From the IMG/VR virus record IMGVR_UViG_3300027816_000062: 64,000 nt of DNA. The stretch is one strand, 5' to 3'. The position numbers and the translations under genes were made by a program. The notes below the pieces were generated by a model, which had not been told where the DNA came from, searched no databases, and saw only the letters and a program-made list of their open reading frames with translations. Positions 47,653 to 56,432 of the stretch are shown one piece after another (the first letter of the stretch is position 1; each line of letters starts with the position of its first letter). Source of the stretch: an uncultured virus (IMG/VR IMGVR_UViG_3300027816_000062) (lineage: Duplodnaviria; Heunggongvirae; Uroviricota; Caudoviricetes).

Positions 47653-48003
47653 GTGAGCATCAACAGATTGCAGCTATCACCATCGGTTCTCGAAAAGCTC
47701 GATTCTCTAATTAATCGAGCTAAGGAAATTGAGAAGAACGCTCCTGATGACTATGACGAAAATGGAGTCATCATTGATTTTTTGGGAGACAACACAAAGA
47801 CCAAGGCCCAATCAGCGATCAGTTTTTTCCGCGATTCTATTACAGAACGAGCAACACGCCTTTCTGAAAATCTTGTTGAAGCTATTGAGCAACAGGTTCC
47901 GCAATTACCAGATCATCCTCTTGAAGCCTTTGATATCGCGAATCAACCCAAAAGCCCAATGAGAAACATGATGATTCGGAATGAAATTGATCTTCTTGAT
48001 TGA
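47653..48003 (+). CDS. hypothetical protein
   Basis: GTG at canonical distance from promoter motif. Confidence 0.7.
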   Translation: MSINRLQLSPSVLEKLDSLINRAKEIEKNAPDDYDENGVIIDFLGDNTKTKAQSAISFFRDSITERATRLSENLVEAIEQQVPQLPDHPLEAFDIANQPKSPMRNMMIRNEIDLLD

Positions 48004-48046
48004 TAAAATTCCCCTTTGTTTTTGAATCCAATCGGATATATAAGAA

Positions 48047-48403
48047 GTGAAGTTCAATCAAGAAGCGCCTGGTGAATTTGTTTCGTCCTGTGGCAATTGG
48101 TGCATTCAAGCATCCAATTCTAAGTTCCGCGCATTTAAGGTTTTCACTCAAATCAACCTTGGGCCTTTTGACACTTTTGAATTAGCAGTCGCGGGCATCG
48201 GCGATTATGACCCCAGCACTTGCAGCCGCGATGAAGAATTCGATGTTGATGACCGTGTGCAAGTTCCCGCGCCCGTAGAGGGCGATTTGCACAATCATGA
48301 ATTTGTTGGTACAATTGTGGGTTTTCGTGAAGATTATGCCCAGGTCGAAGATATGGAAGGTAATGTTTTCGATATTGAACCATGCAGACTCGAAAAGATT
48401 TAG
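48047..48403 (+). CDS. hypothetical protein
   Basis: GTG behind promoter motif. Confidence 0.7.
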   Translation: MKFNQEAPGEFVSSCGNWCIQASNSKFRAFKVFTQINLGPFDTFELAVAGIGDYDPSTCSRDEEFDVDDRVQVPAPVEGDLHNHEFVGTIVGFREDYAQVEDMEGNVFDIEPCRLEKI

Positions 48404-48448
48404 TCAAAAAATCCCCTTAGTTCATGGTGCAAAAATCATATATTAAGG

Positions 48449-48760
48449 GTGGACAAGCGAGAACCCAGTAACCTTTTTGACGCTTTTAGCATTTGTGCAG
48501 AAATTATTAAGCAAATGCTAGCAGGACGTTCGACTGCCGAAATCATCGACAGCATTGACGTGAATGAAGAACATCTTGCCAACATTGCCGCCGACATGAT
48601 TGTTGTTTGTGGGTTGAATAATGATTTGGCGATGGTTCTTAATGATGGAGAAACTTACACAAACATCTCAGGGTGTTCTATTCGGCAAATGACCGAAGAG
48701 TTTGACGAAGATGGGGAGTTCGTTGAAGATACGTTCGGTGACCCTATCATCGTAATGTGA
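48449..48760 (+). CDS. hypothetical protein
   Basis: GTG behind promoter motif. Confidence 0.7.
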   Translation: MDKREPSNLFDAFSICAEIIKQMLAGRSTAEIIDSIDVNEEHLANIAADMIVVCGLNNDLAMVLNDGETYTNISGCSIRQMTEEFDEDGEFVEDTFGDPIIVM

Positions 48761-48800
48761 GTAAATTGACAGGAAACTAATCGGGGCAATGAAGCCCTGA

Positions 48801-48840
48801 TTTTTTATAACTTTCTACGATTGTGCGGCACGATCATTAT
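48801..48840 (+). repeat. representative copy of dispersed ~35 bp repeat TTTTATRACTTTCTRYGATTRTGNGNCACGATCAT (at least 20 copies, both orientations)
   Basis: near-identical copies listed in findings. Confidence 0.9.
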
Positions 48841-48883
48841 AAAAATCCCCCTTATTAATCGGCTCAATTTACTATAATGATAT

Positions 48884-49222
48884 ATGTACCACGTAGACGA
48901 TTGCGTTATCGGAAAAGAAATTGCAAGTCAGGCTGAATATCATATCAATGTTTATGACTATGACGTTCGGTTATGTTCCGATGGCTGTTGCATTGAGGCG
49001 CGGACGGCAGCTGAACTTTGGAGCAACGACTGTAAAACTTTTCTAACCGAAGATGTGGATGGGTTTTGCAATAGTGGCGAGGCCGCTCAGAAGGTAATCA
49101 ATTTGGCCAAGGCGCGTGGCCTCAATGTTCATCGAGGTAATACGGCGATCTATGTGGACGGCGATAGAGATTGTTCTAACGAATTGATTTACGGATTGAA
49201 AAAATTTCCCCTAGATTACTGA
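48884..49222 (+). CDS. hypothetical protein
   Basis: promoter motif upstream. Confidence 0.7.
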   Translation: MYHVDDCVIGKEIASQAEYHINVYDYDVRLCSDGCCIEARTAAELWSNDCKTFLTEDVDGFCNSGEAAQKVINLAKARGLNVHRGNTAIYVDGDRDCSNELIYGLKKFPLDY

Positions 49223-49246
49223 GACAAGAGGCATATATAAACTACC

Positions 49247-49987
49247 ATGACAATCGAACACGATAACATCGAAGAGCGAGTTGGAAAGGGAACTTTAATT
49301 CGTATTTCCAAGCTGCTTACCATGGCGAAGGATAAGCGCACGAACGAGAATGAAGCCCATAGCGCTATGCAATCGGCTCTTGCGCTTTTGTCTCGGTATA
49401 ACATTACGGCTTCTGATGTTGAGAATTCGGGCATTTTCGAGGAAGCAGTGGGTTCTGAATCTTTTAATCCAACTGAAAATCGAAATCACTCCACATGGCG
49501 ATCCCAGCTAATCAATTCCATCGCAAGCACTCACTTCTGTCATGTCTATCGACGAAACGGGGGCGAGTTTATTCTGACTGGTAAGGAAACTAATCGTGCC
49601 GCCGCGATGATGCTTTTTCAGTATCTTTCCGTCGTGATTGAAGAAAATGCCCTTCAGGCTGTCCGCGAATACGACGGATGGGAATCGAAAAAGACTTATG
49701 GCAATGCCTATCGGCTTGGAATGGTGACTCGAATTAATGAACGACTTATTGACCAAAAGCGCCAAATTATTCAAGAGGCTTCATCCAATAACACTGAAAT
49801 TGTTGCTGTCAATCCTTATGAACAGGCCGAAAAAGAAAATCAAGCCTATGTCAAATCGAAGGGCGTAAAACTGTCGTCACACGCCTCAAGCAGTAATCTT
49901 GGAAGTGGCGCGGGTTGGCATCGAGGGCGCAAAGATGGCGAGCGCGTTGGGCTTACCGCTGGGCGAGCACTAGGATATAAAAAGTGA
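49247..49987 (+). CDS. DUF2786-domain protein
   Basis: RISKLL.MA.....NENEA..A...A..LL..YN. Confidence 0.8.
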   Translation: MTIEHDNIEERVGKGTLIRISKLLTMAKDKRTNENEAHSAMQSALALLSRYNITASDVENSGIFEEAVGSESFNPTENRNHSTWRSQLINSIASTHFCHVYRRNGGEFILTGKETNRAAAMMLFQYLSVVIEENALQAVREYDGWESKKTYGNAYRLGMVTRINERLIDQKRQIIQEASSNNTEIVAVNPYEQAEKENQAYVKSKGVKLSSHASSSNLGSGAGWHRGRKDGERVGLTAGRALGYKK

Positions 49988-50412
49988 GAGATACGCAAAA
50001 AGCCAAATTTTACAAATTCGAGGACTATATCATCAAGCGATTCCTCCAAAAAGAACTACATGATGGACTTGAATTTCGAGAAATCGAAGGGCTTGTTGGA
50101 AGAATCTGCCATTCTTATAATGTCCGCCCGCCAAAGATAAAGGTCGGTCGGCAGAATTCGAGCAAAGCCTACTACAAAACGATTGACCATAGTATCACGC
50201 TTCCGCCATGGGCTCAGAGAACATGGACGGTAGTCCATGAAACAGCTCATGCAATTACTTATGGGAAAGGATATAAGGACCCTGGGCACGATGGTGATTT
50301 TGTTGGAGTATGGGTAGAGCTTTTTTCAAGAATGTATGACATCCCCAAGGAAACTCTTGAGTCGGAAGTTAAGCTGGCGGGATTGAGATATGTCAAATTT
50401 TCCCCCAAATAA
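49984..50412 (+). CDS. HExxH zinc metallopeptidase-like protein
   Basis: VVHETAH and GH...F motifs; coupled to DUF2786 gene. Confidence 0.8.
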   Translation: MRDTQKAKFYKFEDYIIKRFLQKELHDGLEFREIEGLVGRICHSYNVRPPKIKVGRQNSSKAYYKTIDHSITLPPWAQRTWTVVHETAHAITYGKGYKDPGHDGDFVGVWVELFSRMYDIPKETLESEVKLAGLRYVKFSPK

Positions 50413-50437
50413 ATCAGAAAGAAATCATATATAAGAC

Positions 50438-50653
50438 ATGAACACCAAGCAAAATCAGGTCGCAGATGACATTTATAATCGGCTTTCCAGTTCCGCGCCT
50501 GGGTTTTATCGATATTGGTCTGATACGGTTGACCGATCAGTGGCCCAAGCACTAATCAAAAAGGGACCATTTTTCAGTTACGGCAATTCTTGGCGATTCA
50601 AGGCCGAAAGTCTCGGGGCTGGAATGTATCGTGTCAAGATCATTGAAGCCTAG
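50438..50653 (+). CDS. hypothetical protein
   Basis: promoter motif upstream. Confidence 0.7.
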   Translation: MNTKQNQVADDIYNRLSSSAPGFYRYWSDTVDRSVAQALIKKGPFFSYGNSWRFKAESLGAGMYRVKIIEA

Positions 50654-50724
50654 TCCCGATCAGGCCATCTTCATAAAAATCCCTTATTTTTATCGTTTCG
50701 ATTCGATATAAAAAGGGAGGCTAA

Positions 50725-51177
50725 ATGATTACCCTTTTCAAGTTCGAGACCGAAGATGACGGCACGATTATCATTCCGATGGAGAAAATCGGAGTCACTA
50801 TCAAGGACCTACAAGATGCCTTCAAGGAGGCAAAAGAACACGCCCAAGACGAATATGATGTAGAGCTGACCAAAGACACGATTTTCACAGTCGAAGAAGT
50901 CCACGGCCTGAAAGATTTTCTTGAGAAATACACTCTAATCGAGCGTCCGACGGCGAAGGCTGGCAAACCGTTCTCTAAAGCCGTTTTTGACCCTGATTTG
51001 CATACCCTTCCCGAAGTTGCAGACCAGAACCAAGTCTGGACCTGGACCGATTGTGATGATGGCGGAAGTTATCTGATTCAAGGATACCATCATGCCAATC
51101 GCTTGGGCTATATCTTTACTGAAAACAAAGATGGAGAACCAGTGCCGATTGATGGAAACTCCTACTTTGTAGACTAG
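50725..51177 (+). CDS. hypothetical protein
   Basis: GGAGG SD; VWT..D.D....G.H..NRLGY..TE motif. Confidence 0.75.
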   Translation: MITLFKFETEDDGTIIIPMEKIGVTIKDLQDAFKEAKEHAQDEYDVELTKDTIFTVEEVHGLKDFLEKYTLIERPTAKAGKPFSKAVFDPDLHTLPEVADQNQVWTWTDCDDGGSYLIQGYHHANRLGYIFTENKDGEPVPIDGNSYFVD

Positions 51178-51297
51178 GTGACTGGGAACAAGAAAGGGGG
51201 AAGTAACTCCCTCTTTCTTTATGACTTTCCGTGATTATGCGCCACGATCATTAAAAATCCCCTATATCTTATATTCCAATCGGATATATAAGATATA

Positions 51298-51468
51298 ATG
51301 AAAACCAAACATGTTTTTCGAGTTTACCCCAAGAATGCAACATCTTCCGAGGATGCTTTGGTAATTGAGAAAACCATAAGCCCGAAATCTGTCCTTCGAG
51401 TAATGGGAAACCTTCTTGGCAAGTATAATGCTTCAGAAGTGGCTTTATTGAAATCCGAGGACAAATAA
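51298..51468 (+). CDS. small hypothetical protein (56 aa, below ORF-track cutoff)
   Basis: ATG behind promoter motif; open to TAA 51468. Confidence 0.55.
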   Translation: MKTKHVFRVYPKNATSSEDALVIEKTISPKSVLRVMGNLLGKYNASEVALLKSEDK

Positions 51469-51545
51469 GACTTTTTTAACAAAAAGTCCCAAAATCATAG
51501 GACGATTTTGTTTTTTGATCGTATAATAGATAAGGACACTTTATT

Positions 51546-51638
51546 ATGAAGACCCACACCACATCAAATACGAATATGGTCTTCACCCGACGCAATTCCG
51601 CGACGGGCGTCCAACAACGCTGTCGGCGTTCCGCTTAA
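51546..51638 (+). CDS. putative Gln/Arg/Cys-sensing leader peptide MKTHTTSNTNMVFTRRNSATGVQQRCRRSA
   Basis: AAGGA SD; codon run CAA CAA CGC TGT CGG CGT; precedes tRNA-Gln x2, Arg x2, Cys. Confidence 0.7.
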   Translation: MKTHTTSNTNMVFTRRNSATGVQQRCRRSA

Positions 51639-51727
51639 GTCGGGCTGACACGTTACCACCTGCAAGTAACTTCTTTTTCGAAGAATTAGCCCGCTCTCTG
51701 AGCGAGACGTCGATTATCATCTCGTGC

Positions 51728-51801
51728 TCGGGGATCGTCTAGAGGCAGGACTCTGGTCTCTGGAACCAGAAGCGGTGGTTCGAATCCATCTCTCCGAGCC
51801 A
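51728..51801 (+). tRNA. tRNA-Gln(CUG)
   Basis: cloverleaf, CTGGT-CTCTGGA-ACCAG, GCCA. Confidence 0.9.
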
Positions 51802-51808
51802 GCTTCAC

Positions 51809-51894
51809 TGGGTCTTAGGCGAATTGGTAGAGCCGCCTGTCTTTGGAACAGGACTCCTGAAAAGGTGGAGGTTCGAATCCTCCCGACCCAGCCA
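51809..51894 (+). tRNA. tRNA-Gln(UUG) with extended variable arm
   Basis: CCTGT-CTTTGGA-ACAGG, CCT-GAAA-AGG extra arm, GCCA. Confidence 0.85.
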
Positions 51895-51966
51895 ATTAAA
51901 GGCTTTATGCATTTTGAAAAAATAATTAAAAAAGGCTTTCTTAACAGAAGTACATAATTAAAACGA

Positions 51967-52752
51967 GTGATTCAAACTTCCAATAAGAAAACAAGAGTAA
52001 AGCGCAGTCGAATTTGGACGATGCCTAAAGACGAGTTCGCTCAACTAGTGGCCTCAAGTCAAACTTATGTCGAAATTCTCCGAGCCATTAACTACACCAT
52101 ACGAGGAGGAGCTTTTCGAATTTTAAAAGAACGAATTGCGACAGAAATGATCGACGATTCACATATATTAAAGAATGGAAGGCAAACCATTTATGCCCAT
52201 AGATTCAATACTCGGTCAGATGACGATATATTTTGCGAAAATTCTACATACAATAGTGGCCCTGCCCTGAAAAAGAGAATGATTAAGCTAGGCTTACCTG
52301 AAGAATGCACAAAATGTGGGCTTGGTGCAACATGGAATGATGAACCTCTATCTCTGCAAGTAGACCATATCAATGGGGTGCGCAACGATAACAGATTAGA
52401 GAATTTGAGGCTTCTGTGCCCAAATTGTCATTCTCAAACCGAAAATTTTGCTGGCAGAAAGTTGAACGCAAAAAACAAATCATGTCCAGAATGCTGCGCT
52501 AAGATCAGTGGATACCGTAAAGATCAGAGATGCCAATCTTGTGCCAATAAGATCAGGTCTAGAGAAATGCAACTAATATCAAAACCATCAAAAGACGAGC
52601 TTCAAGATATGTTGTGGAAAATGCCCGCGACTAGGATTGCTAAGATATACAATGTGTCCGATAAAACAGTTGGTAATTGGGCTAAATCCTACAAAATTGA
52701 CAAACCGAGCCGTGGACACTGGGTCAAAAAAAATACTCCCCCCCCCTTGTAG
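51967..52752 (+). CDS. HNH endonuclease with C-terminal zinc ribbon and HTH
   Basis: LQVDHING.RNDNRLENLRLLCPNCHSQT; CPEC..CQSC; IAK.Y.VSDKTV..W. Confidence 0.9.
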   Translation: MIQTSNKKTRVKRSRIWTMPKDEFAQLVASSQTYVEILRAINYTIRGGAFRILKERIATEMIDDSHILKNGRQTIYAHRFNTRSDDDIFCENSTYNSGPALKKRMIKLGLPEECTKCGLGATWNDEPLSLQVDHINGVRNDNRLENLRLLCPNCHSQTENFAGRKLNAKNKSCPECCAKISGYRKDQRCQSCANKIRSREMQLISKPSKDELQDMLWKMPATRIAKIYNVSDKTVGNWAKSYKIDKPSRGHWVKKNTPPPL

Positions 52753-52818
52753 CTTAATGGATAGAGCGCAGCACTTCGGATGCTGATGTTATGGGTTCGA
52801 GTCCTATCGAGGGGGCCA
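52743..52818 (+). tRNA. tRNA-Arg(UCG)
   Basis: cloverleaf, CAGCA-CTTCGGA-TGCTG, GCCA. Confidence 0.9.
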
Positions 52819-52829
52819 AAATTTAAAAC

Positions 52830-52905
52830 ACGCCTGTAGCTCAGTGGATAGAGCATCAGCTTGCGGAGCTGAGGGTCGGAGGTTCGAACCCTCTCAGGCG
52901 TGCCA
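52830..52905 (+). tRNA. tRNA-Arg(GCG)
   Basis: cloverleaf, TCAGC-TTGCGGA-GCTGA, GCCA. Confidence 0.9.
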
Positions 52906-52911
52906 ATATAC

Positions 52912-52986
52912 GGCCACGTACCCAAATGGTTAAGGGCTCCCTCTGCAAAAGGGATGTTGCGAGTTCGATTCTCGCCGTGGCCTCCA
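52912..52986 (+). tRNA. tRNA-Cys(GCA)
   Basis: cloverleaf, TCCCT-CTGCAAA-AGGGA, TCCA. Confidence 0.93.
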
Positions 52987-53030
52987 AAAATCCCCTATAT
53001 TTTTGTCACAATCGGATATATAGTTAGAGA

Positions 53031-53597
53031 ATGACCCAGATTCAAATCGAAGCCGCGAAGCAAATGAAAAAGGCCTGCTATCGGAGTCGCGGGACCTTAA
53101 TCAAAGCAATTCTGGCTTATGTCGAATACCTGATGCGATGTTCGGATTGCCCGCGCAATTGGCCCAAGCACAATCAAGTGAACGTTTCTGCCGAAACTCT
53201 AAAGTCTCTTGCGTGGCTTTACGGCAATTATCATACTGCGGTTTTAGGACAGAAGTTAAACAACCTTCAGTTTTGGATTGAAGAAAGTGGTCGTCAAATC
53301 CCGAGCGAATCTATCGAAGACTATCATGTAAACTCTCTTGACAATAGGATGCTTACCCGAAGAGAGATTTGGGCTGGTGAGATTTTGAGTCACTTGGTTT
53401 TTGCGATTGTCTTTCCCGAAGAAATGGCTCAGACGGGGCTGACTGCTGATGGAATGAATCAAAGATTCGCGGAACTTGATTATGATTTTAACTTGGTGCT
53501 TGAAGATGCTTCAGAAGGCTACGGGACGATTTGCGCATGGATGTCTAAATCAACATCGGTTGAAGTCTTGCGAGACATCTGGCACTTAAACAAGTAA
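53031..53597 (+). CDS. hypothetical protein
   Basis: promoter motif upstream, terminator downstream. Confidence 0.7.
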   Translation: MTQIQIEAAKQMKKACYRSRGTLIKAILAYVEYLMRCSDCPRNWPKHNQVNVSAETLKSLAWLYGNYHTAVLGQKLNNLQFWIEESGRQIPSESIEDYHVNSLDNRMLTRREIWAGEILSHLVFAIVFPEEMAQTGLTADGMNQRFAELDYDFNLVLEDASEGYGTICAWMSKSTSVEVLRDIWHLNK

Positions 53598-53716
53598 GTT
53601 GATAAAAATACCCCTGTCCACCAAGGGGTATTTTTTATTACTTTCTACGATTATGGTTCACGATCATTATAAAAAATCCCCTGTTTTCGAGAAATCAAAA
53701 CAATATATAAAATAGA

Positions 53717-53956
53717 ATGTTGATTCAAGTGTATGACAGTCTTGACGGCAATTATGTCGGCGGCATCTACAAAGTCACTCGCAATGATGGCGGAGACCAA
53801 TCGCAACACCAATTCATTGATGCTTGGGCTCGTGCTGTGGAACAAGCGAAAAGCATTGGAGAGGATTGGGGAGAAGATGACATTTTCGAGGCTCTGAAAG
53901 AGTTTGGTTGGGAAGTCGTGCTTCCAGCCATTGACATTTTGCCAGTACAATACTAA
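53717..53956 (+). CDS. hypothetical protein
   Basis: promoter motif upstream. Confidence 0.7.
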   Translation: MLIQVYDSLDGNYVGGIYKVTRNDGGDQSQHQFIDAWARAVEQAKSIGEDWGEDDIFEALKEFGWEVVLPAIDILPVQY

Positions 53957-53957
53957 A

Positions 53958-54287
53958 ATGACCGCAAAACAAGCAAAAGAAATTCAACAAGAAGTCATTG
54001 TGAAGCAAAACAATGATAACGCAAGCATCATCGACAATCTTCTTGAAAAGGGTATTTTTAAGAAGATTGAAGACGCGGCTAGGGATGGTAGAAATTCAAC
54101 TCGTATTGGGCGTCCTTACCACGATACTGGTTTTGAAACTCCAGAATTCCGTTGTGGCGACTTTAGCCTAAATTATGTTTTGGGCTTCATTGACAACAAT
54201 GCGATGCGCGAGATTATCATTCAAAAACTCAAAAACCTGGGATATACTGTGTCTGTTGAGGCCTCTAGTTTGATAATTGAGTGGTAA
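53958..54287 (+). CDS. hypothetical protein
   Basis: ATG right after upstream stop. Confidence 0.7.
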   Translation: MTAKQAKEIQQEVIVKQNNDNASIIDNLLEKGIFKKIEDAARDGRNSTRIGRPYHDTGFETPEFRCGDFSLNYVLGFIDNNAMREIIIQKLKNLGYTVSVEASSLIIEW

Positions 54288-54335
54288 AAATCCTTTCTTT
54301 TCATTGATGCAATCGGATATATGATTTAGGTCACG

Positions 54336-54620
54336 ATGAGAAACGAAGACGCCTCTAGCATTAATTTTGACATTGATAAGCCCTTTCATGTATTTATTTG
54401 CGATGGATGTCGGGAGGCTGGCCCGTATACTCAATATGGCATAAGTCATCTTGACGCTGCTGGTCGCTTTGCAGAACGATGGAACAAGAATCTTATGTCA
54501 TGCTCTAAATCGCATTATGGCTATGGGAAACAATGGGAGGAAGCCCCCCGTAAACCTGAACAGTACGCAAACCATCACTATTTCCAAGACGAGCGAGGCA
54601 ACAAACTCTTGATTATCTAA
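54336..54620 (+). CDS. hypothetical protein
   Basis: promoter motif; CxxC..GP.....A...WN. Confidence 0.65.
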   Translation: MRNEDASSINFDIDKPFHVFICDGCREAGPYTQYGISHLDAAGRFAERWNKNLMSCSKSHYGYGKQWEEAPRKPEQYANHHYFQDERGNKLLII

Positions 54621-54714
54621 CCAAGAGTTTGTTGCAATATAATTATTTTTCACGACAAAATGATCGTGCCGCATAACCATAGAAAGTTATAAAAAAGAAG
54701 GGGGCAGTGCCCCC

Positions 54715-55401
54715 TTAGTGTTTGAGAAAAGCAATATCTTTCTTATGCTTGGGATTGAAGCACAGACGACAGGCCGCGCAATTTGTTTTCTTATCACTTC
54801 CTTTATGAAGTGCCAAGTCATAAGGGCAAAGAGTCGTATTATCGTCCTGGTCTGCAATCGTATCAATGACTTGCGCGGTTCGGAATCCGTTATCCTTCGC
54901 AATCTTGCGCTCAATCGGAGACTCTACAGAGGCCACAATATGTAGGTTTTCGGGGAAACTTCCCTTGGCATAACTGAAGCCCGCCGCAATCATACAACGC
55001 ACGTCATGAGTATACGTCCATACCGTCACGTCGGGATTCTGCTTGCACCATTCAATAACTTCCGTTAGATACGGCACGTCTAGCGCATGAACACCGTTCC
55101 CGTCAGAAGTAAAGAAGTCGCCAGAAGTATGCAAACGAACCAATCTGGCACCTTTTGAAGTCAGGCGGTCAAGGTCATCATGCCGCGCCGCAGACTTTTT
55201 TTGTTGCTGATTTACAAGAAACTTCCGAGTGTAACACCCTCCGCCCTTACTCGGCAAGTGAGGACAGGTGCCAGGACAGGTGCCTTCACCCTTGCCAGCA
55301 TCCCCGACAGGGCGATAAGTCGTCGCCACCTTATTGAGTTTATCCTTGGGGTCGCTCAGTTTGGAGTTCTGCGACCAAGGAGAAATCAAAGTCGTGTTCA
55401 T
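54715..55401 (-). CDS. phage GP88-like Cys-rich protein
   Basis: NSKL, TCPGTCP..GCY, RLH.SGDF, WTYTH, CP....C..CRLC. Confidence 0.7.
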   Translation of the reverse strand: MNTTLISPWSQNSKLSDPKDKLNKVATTYRPVGDAGKGEGTCPGTCPHLPSKGGGCYTRKFLVNQQQKKSAARHDDLDRLTSKGARLVRLHTSGDFFTSDGNGVHALDVPYLTEVIEWCKQNPDVTVWTYTHDVRCMIAAGFSYAKGSFPENLHIVASVESPIERKIAKDNGFRTAQVIDTIADQDDNTTLCPYDLALHKGSDKKTNCAACRLCFNPKHKKDIAFLKH

Positions 55402-55518
55402 GCTTTATATATCCGATTGTGCTACGGCAGAAAGGGGATTTTTTATGACTTTCTAAGGTTATGTGCCACGATCATAAAAAATCCCTTGCTTTTTGTGTTT
55501 CAAGCGGATATATAAGAT

Positions 55519-55995
55519 ATGTTGATTTTGCCTAAGTTTCACAGCCGATTTGGTGATAAGGGTTTTGCACGCACGCTAGGCAGGCTTATCAGATTTTATT
55601 TTTGGCCTGTTGCCTTTTTTGTCATTTCTCTTGTCTGCCGATTTCAGACTAACCATCATGCAGCGTTTATCTTTAGTGTAGCCACACTGGGAGTGGTAAT
55701 CGTTCTGTGCGTTTTATCGGGGTTCGTTGCAAAACTTTCTGAGTCAAGCAATGAACAAGTAGATGCTTTTTGGGCTTTTCTTTCGCATACGGCAAAGGGC
55801 ATTTCTGTTGGGTTTTCGCTTTCTGTTTTGAGTTTCATCTTGTGCGTGGCAAGCGTTGTAATTTATAACACCCAAGTCAATGACTTGGTGTCTATAACTC
55901 TATCGTCTCTTATCGTGGCAAATCTTGTGGTAATGGGCTCTATCGTAAAAGAAACCTTTGAAGACATCGTGCTTGCTTTTAGGGAGCAAAAATAA
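55519..55995 (+). CDS. four-TM membrane protein
   Basis: hydrophobic segments; promoter motif. Confidence 0.75.
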   Translation: MLILPKFHSRFGDKGFARTLGRLIRFYFWPVAFFVISLVCRFQTNHHAAFIFSVATLGVVIVLCVLSGFVAKLSESSNEQVDAFWAFLSHTAKGISVGFSLSVLSFILCVASVVIYNTQVNDLVSITLSSLIVANLVVMGSIVKETFEDIVLAFREQK

Positions 55996-56089
55996 TGCGA
56001 CACTATATCATTTTTATGACTTTCTACGATTGTGTGGCACGATCATAAAAAATCCCCCTAATAAAGCTGAGTAATCGGATATATAATGT

Positions 56090-56169
56090 GGGGCAAATAG
56101 CTCAGTAAAGACATATGGGAATGTAACAGTAGAGGTTTCCGCGTATGTTCAAATCCTGTTGCTCCACCA
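56090..56169 (+). ncRNA. tRNA-derived hairpin RNA / pseudo-tRNA
   Basis: GGGGCAA/TTGCTCC-ACCA, TAGCTCAG and GTTCAAATCC remnants; starts 33 nt after promoter C-run. Confidence 0.55.
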
Positions 56170-56210
56170 AAAATCCCCTATATTTTCCGCGTTCATGCCA
56201 TATATAAACT

Positions 56211-56393
56211 ATGGCAAAATACACTGTCACCTGCTACAATCCTCACTGCGGCCAAAATGGTCAAGTCATCAATAAAATTGACGTTGACGAGGCTAACGAA
56301 AATCTACTCGTAGAAAACTTTGGTCAAGGAGGAGAAGATGAAGAAGATTTTTGTGAAGAGTGCGGAATGTTAGGGGTTTTGGAAGAAGCCTAA
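56211..56393 (+). CDS. small acidic zinc-ribbon-like protein
   Basis: CYNPHCG and CEECG; promoter motif. Confidence 0.65.
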   Translation: MAKYTVTCYNPHCGQNGQVINKIDVDEANENLLVENFGQGGEDEEDFCEECGMLGVLEEA

Positions 56394-56432
56394 AACCATT
56401 TTTTGAGGAAAAAATCGAAGGAGAAAATCGAA

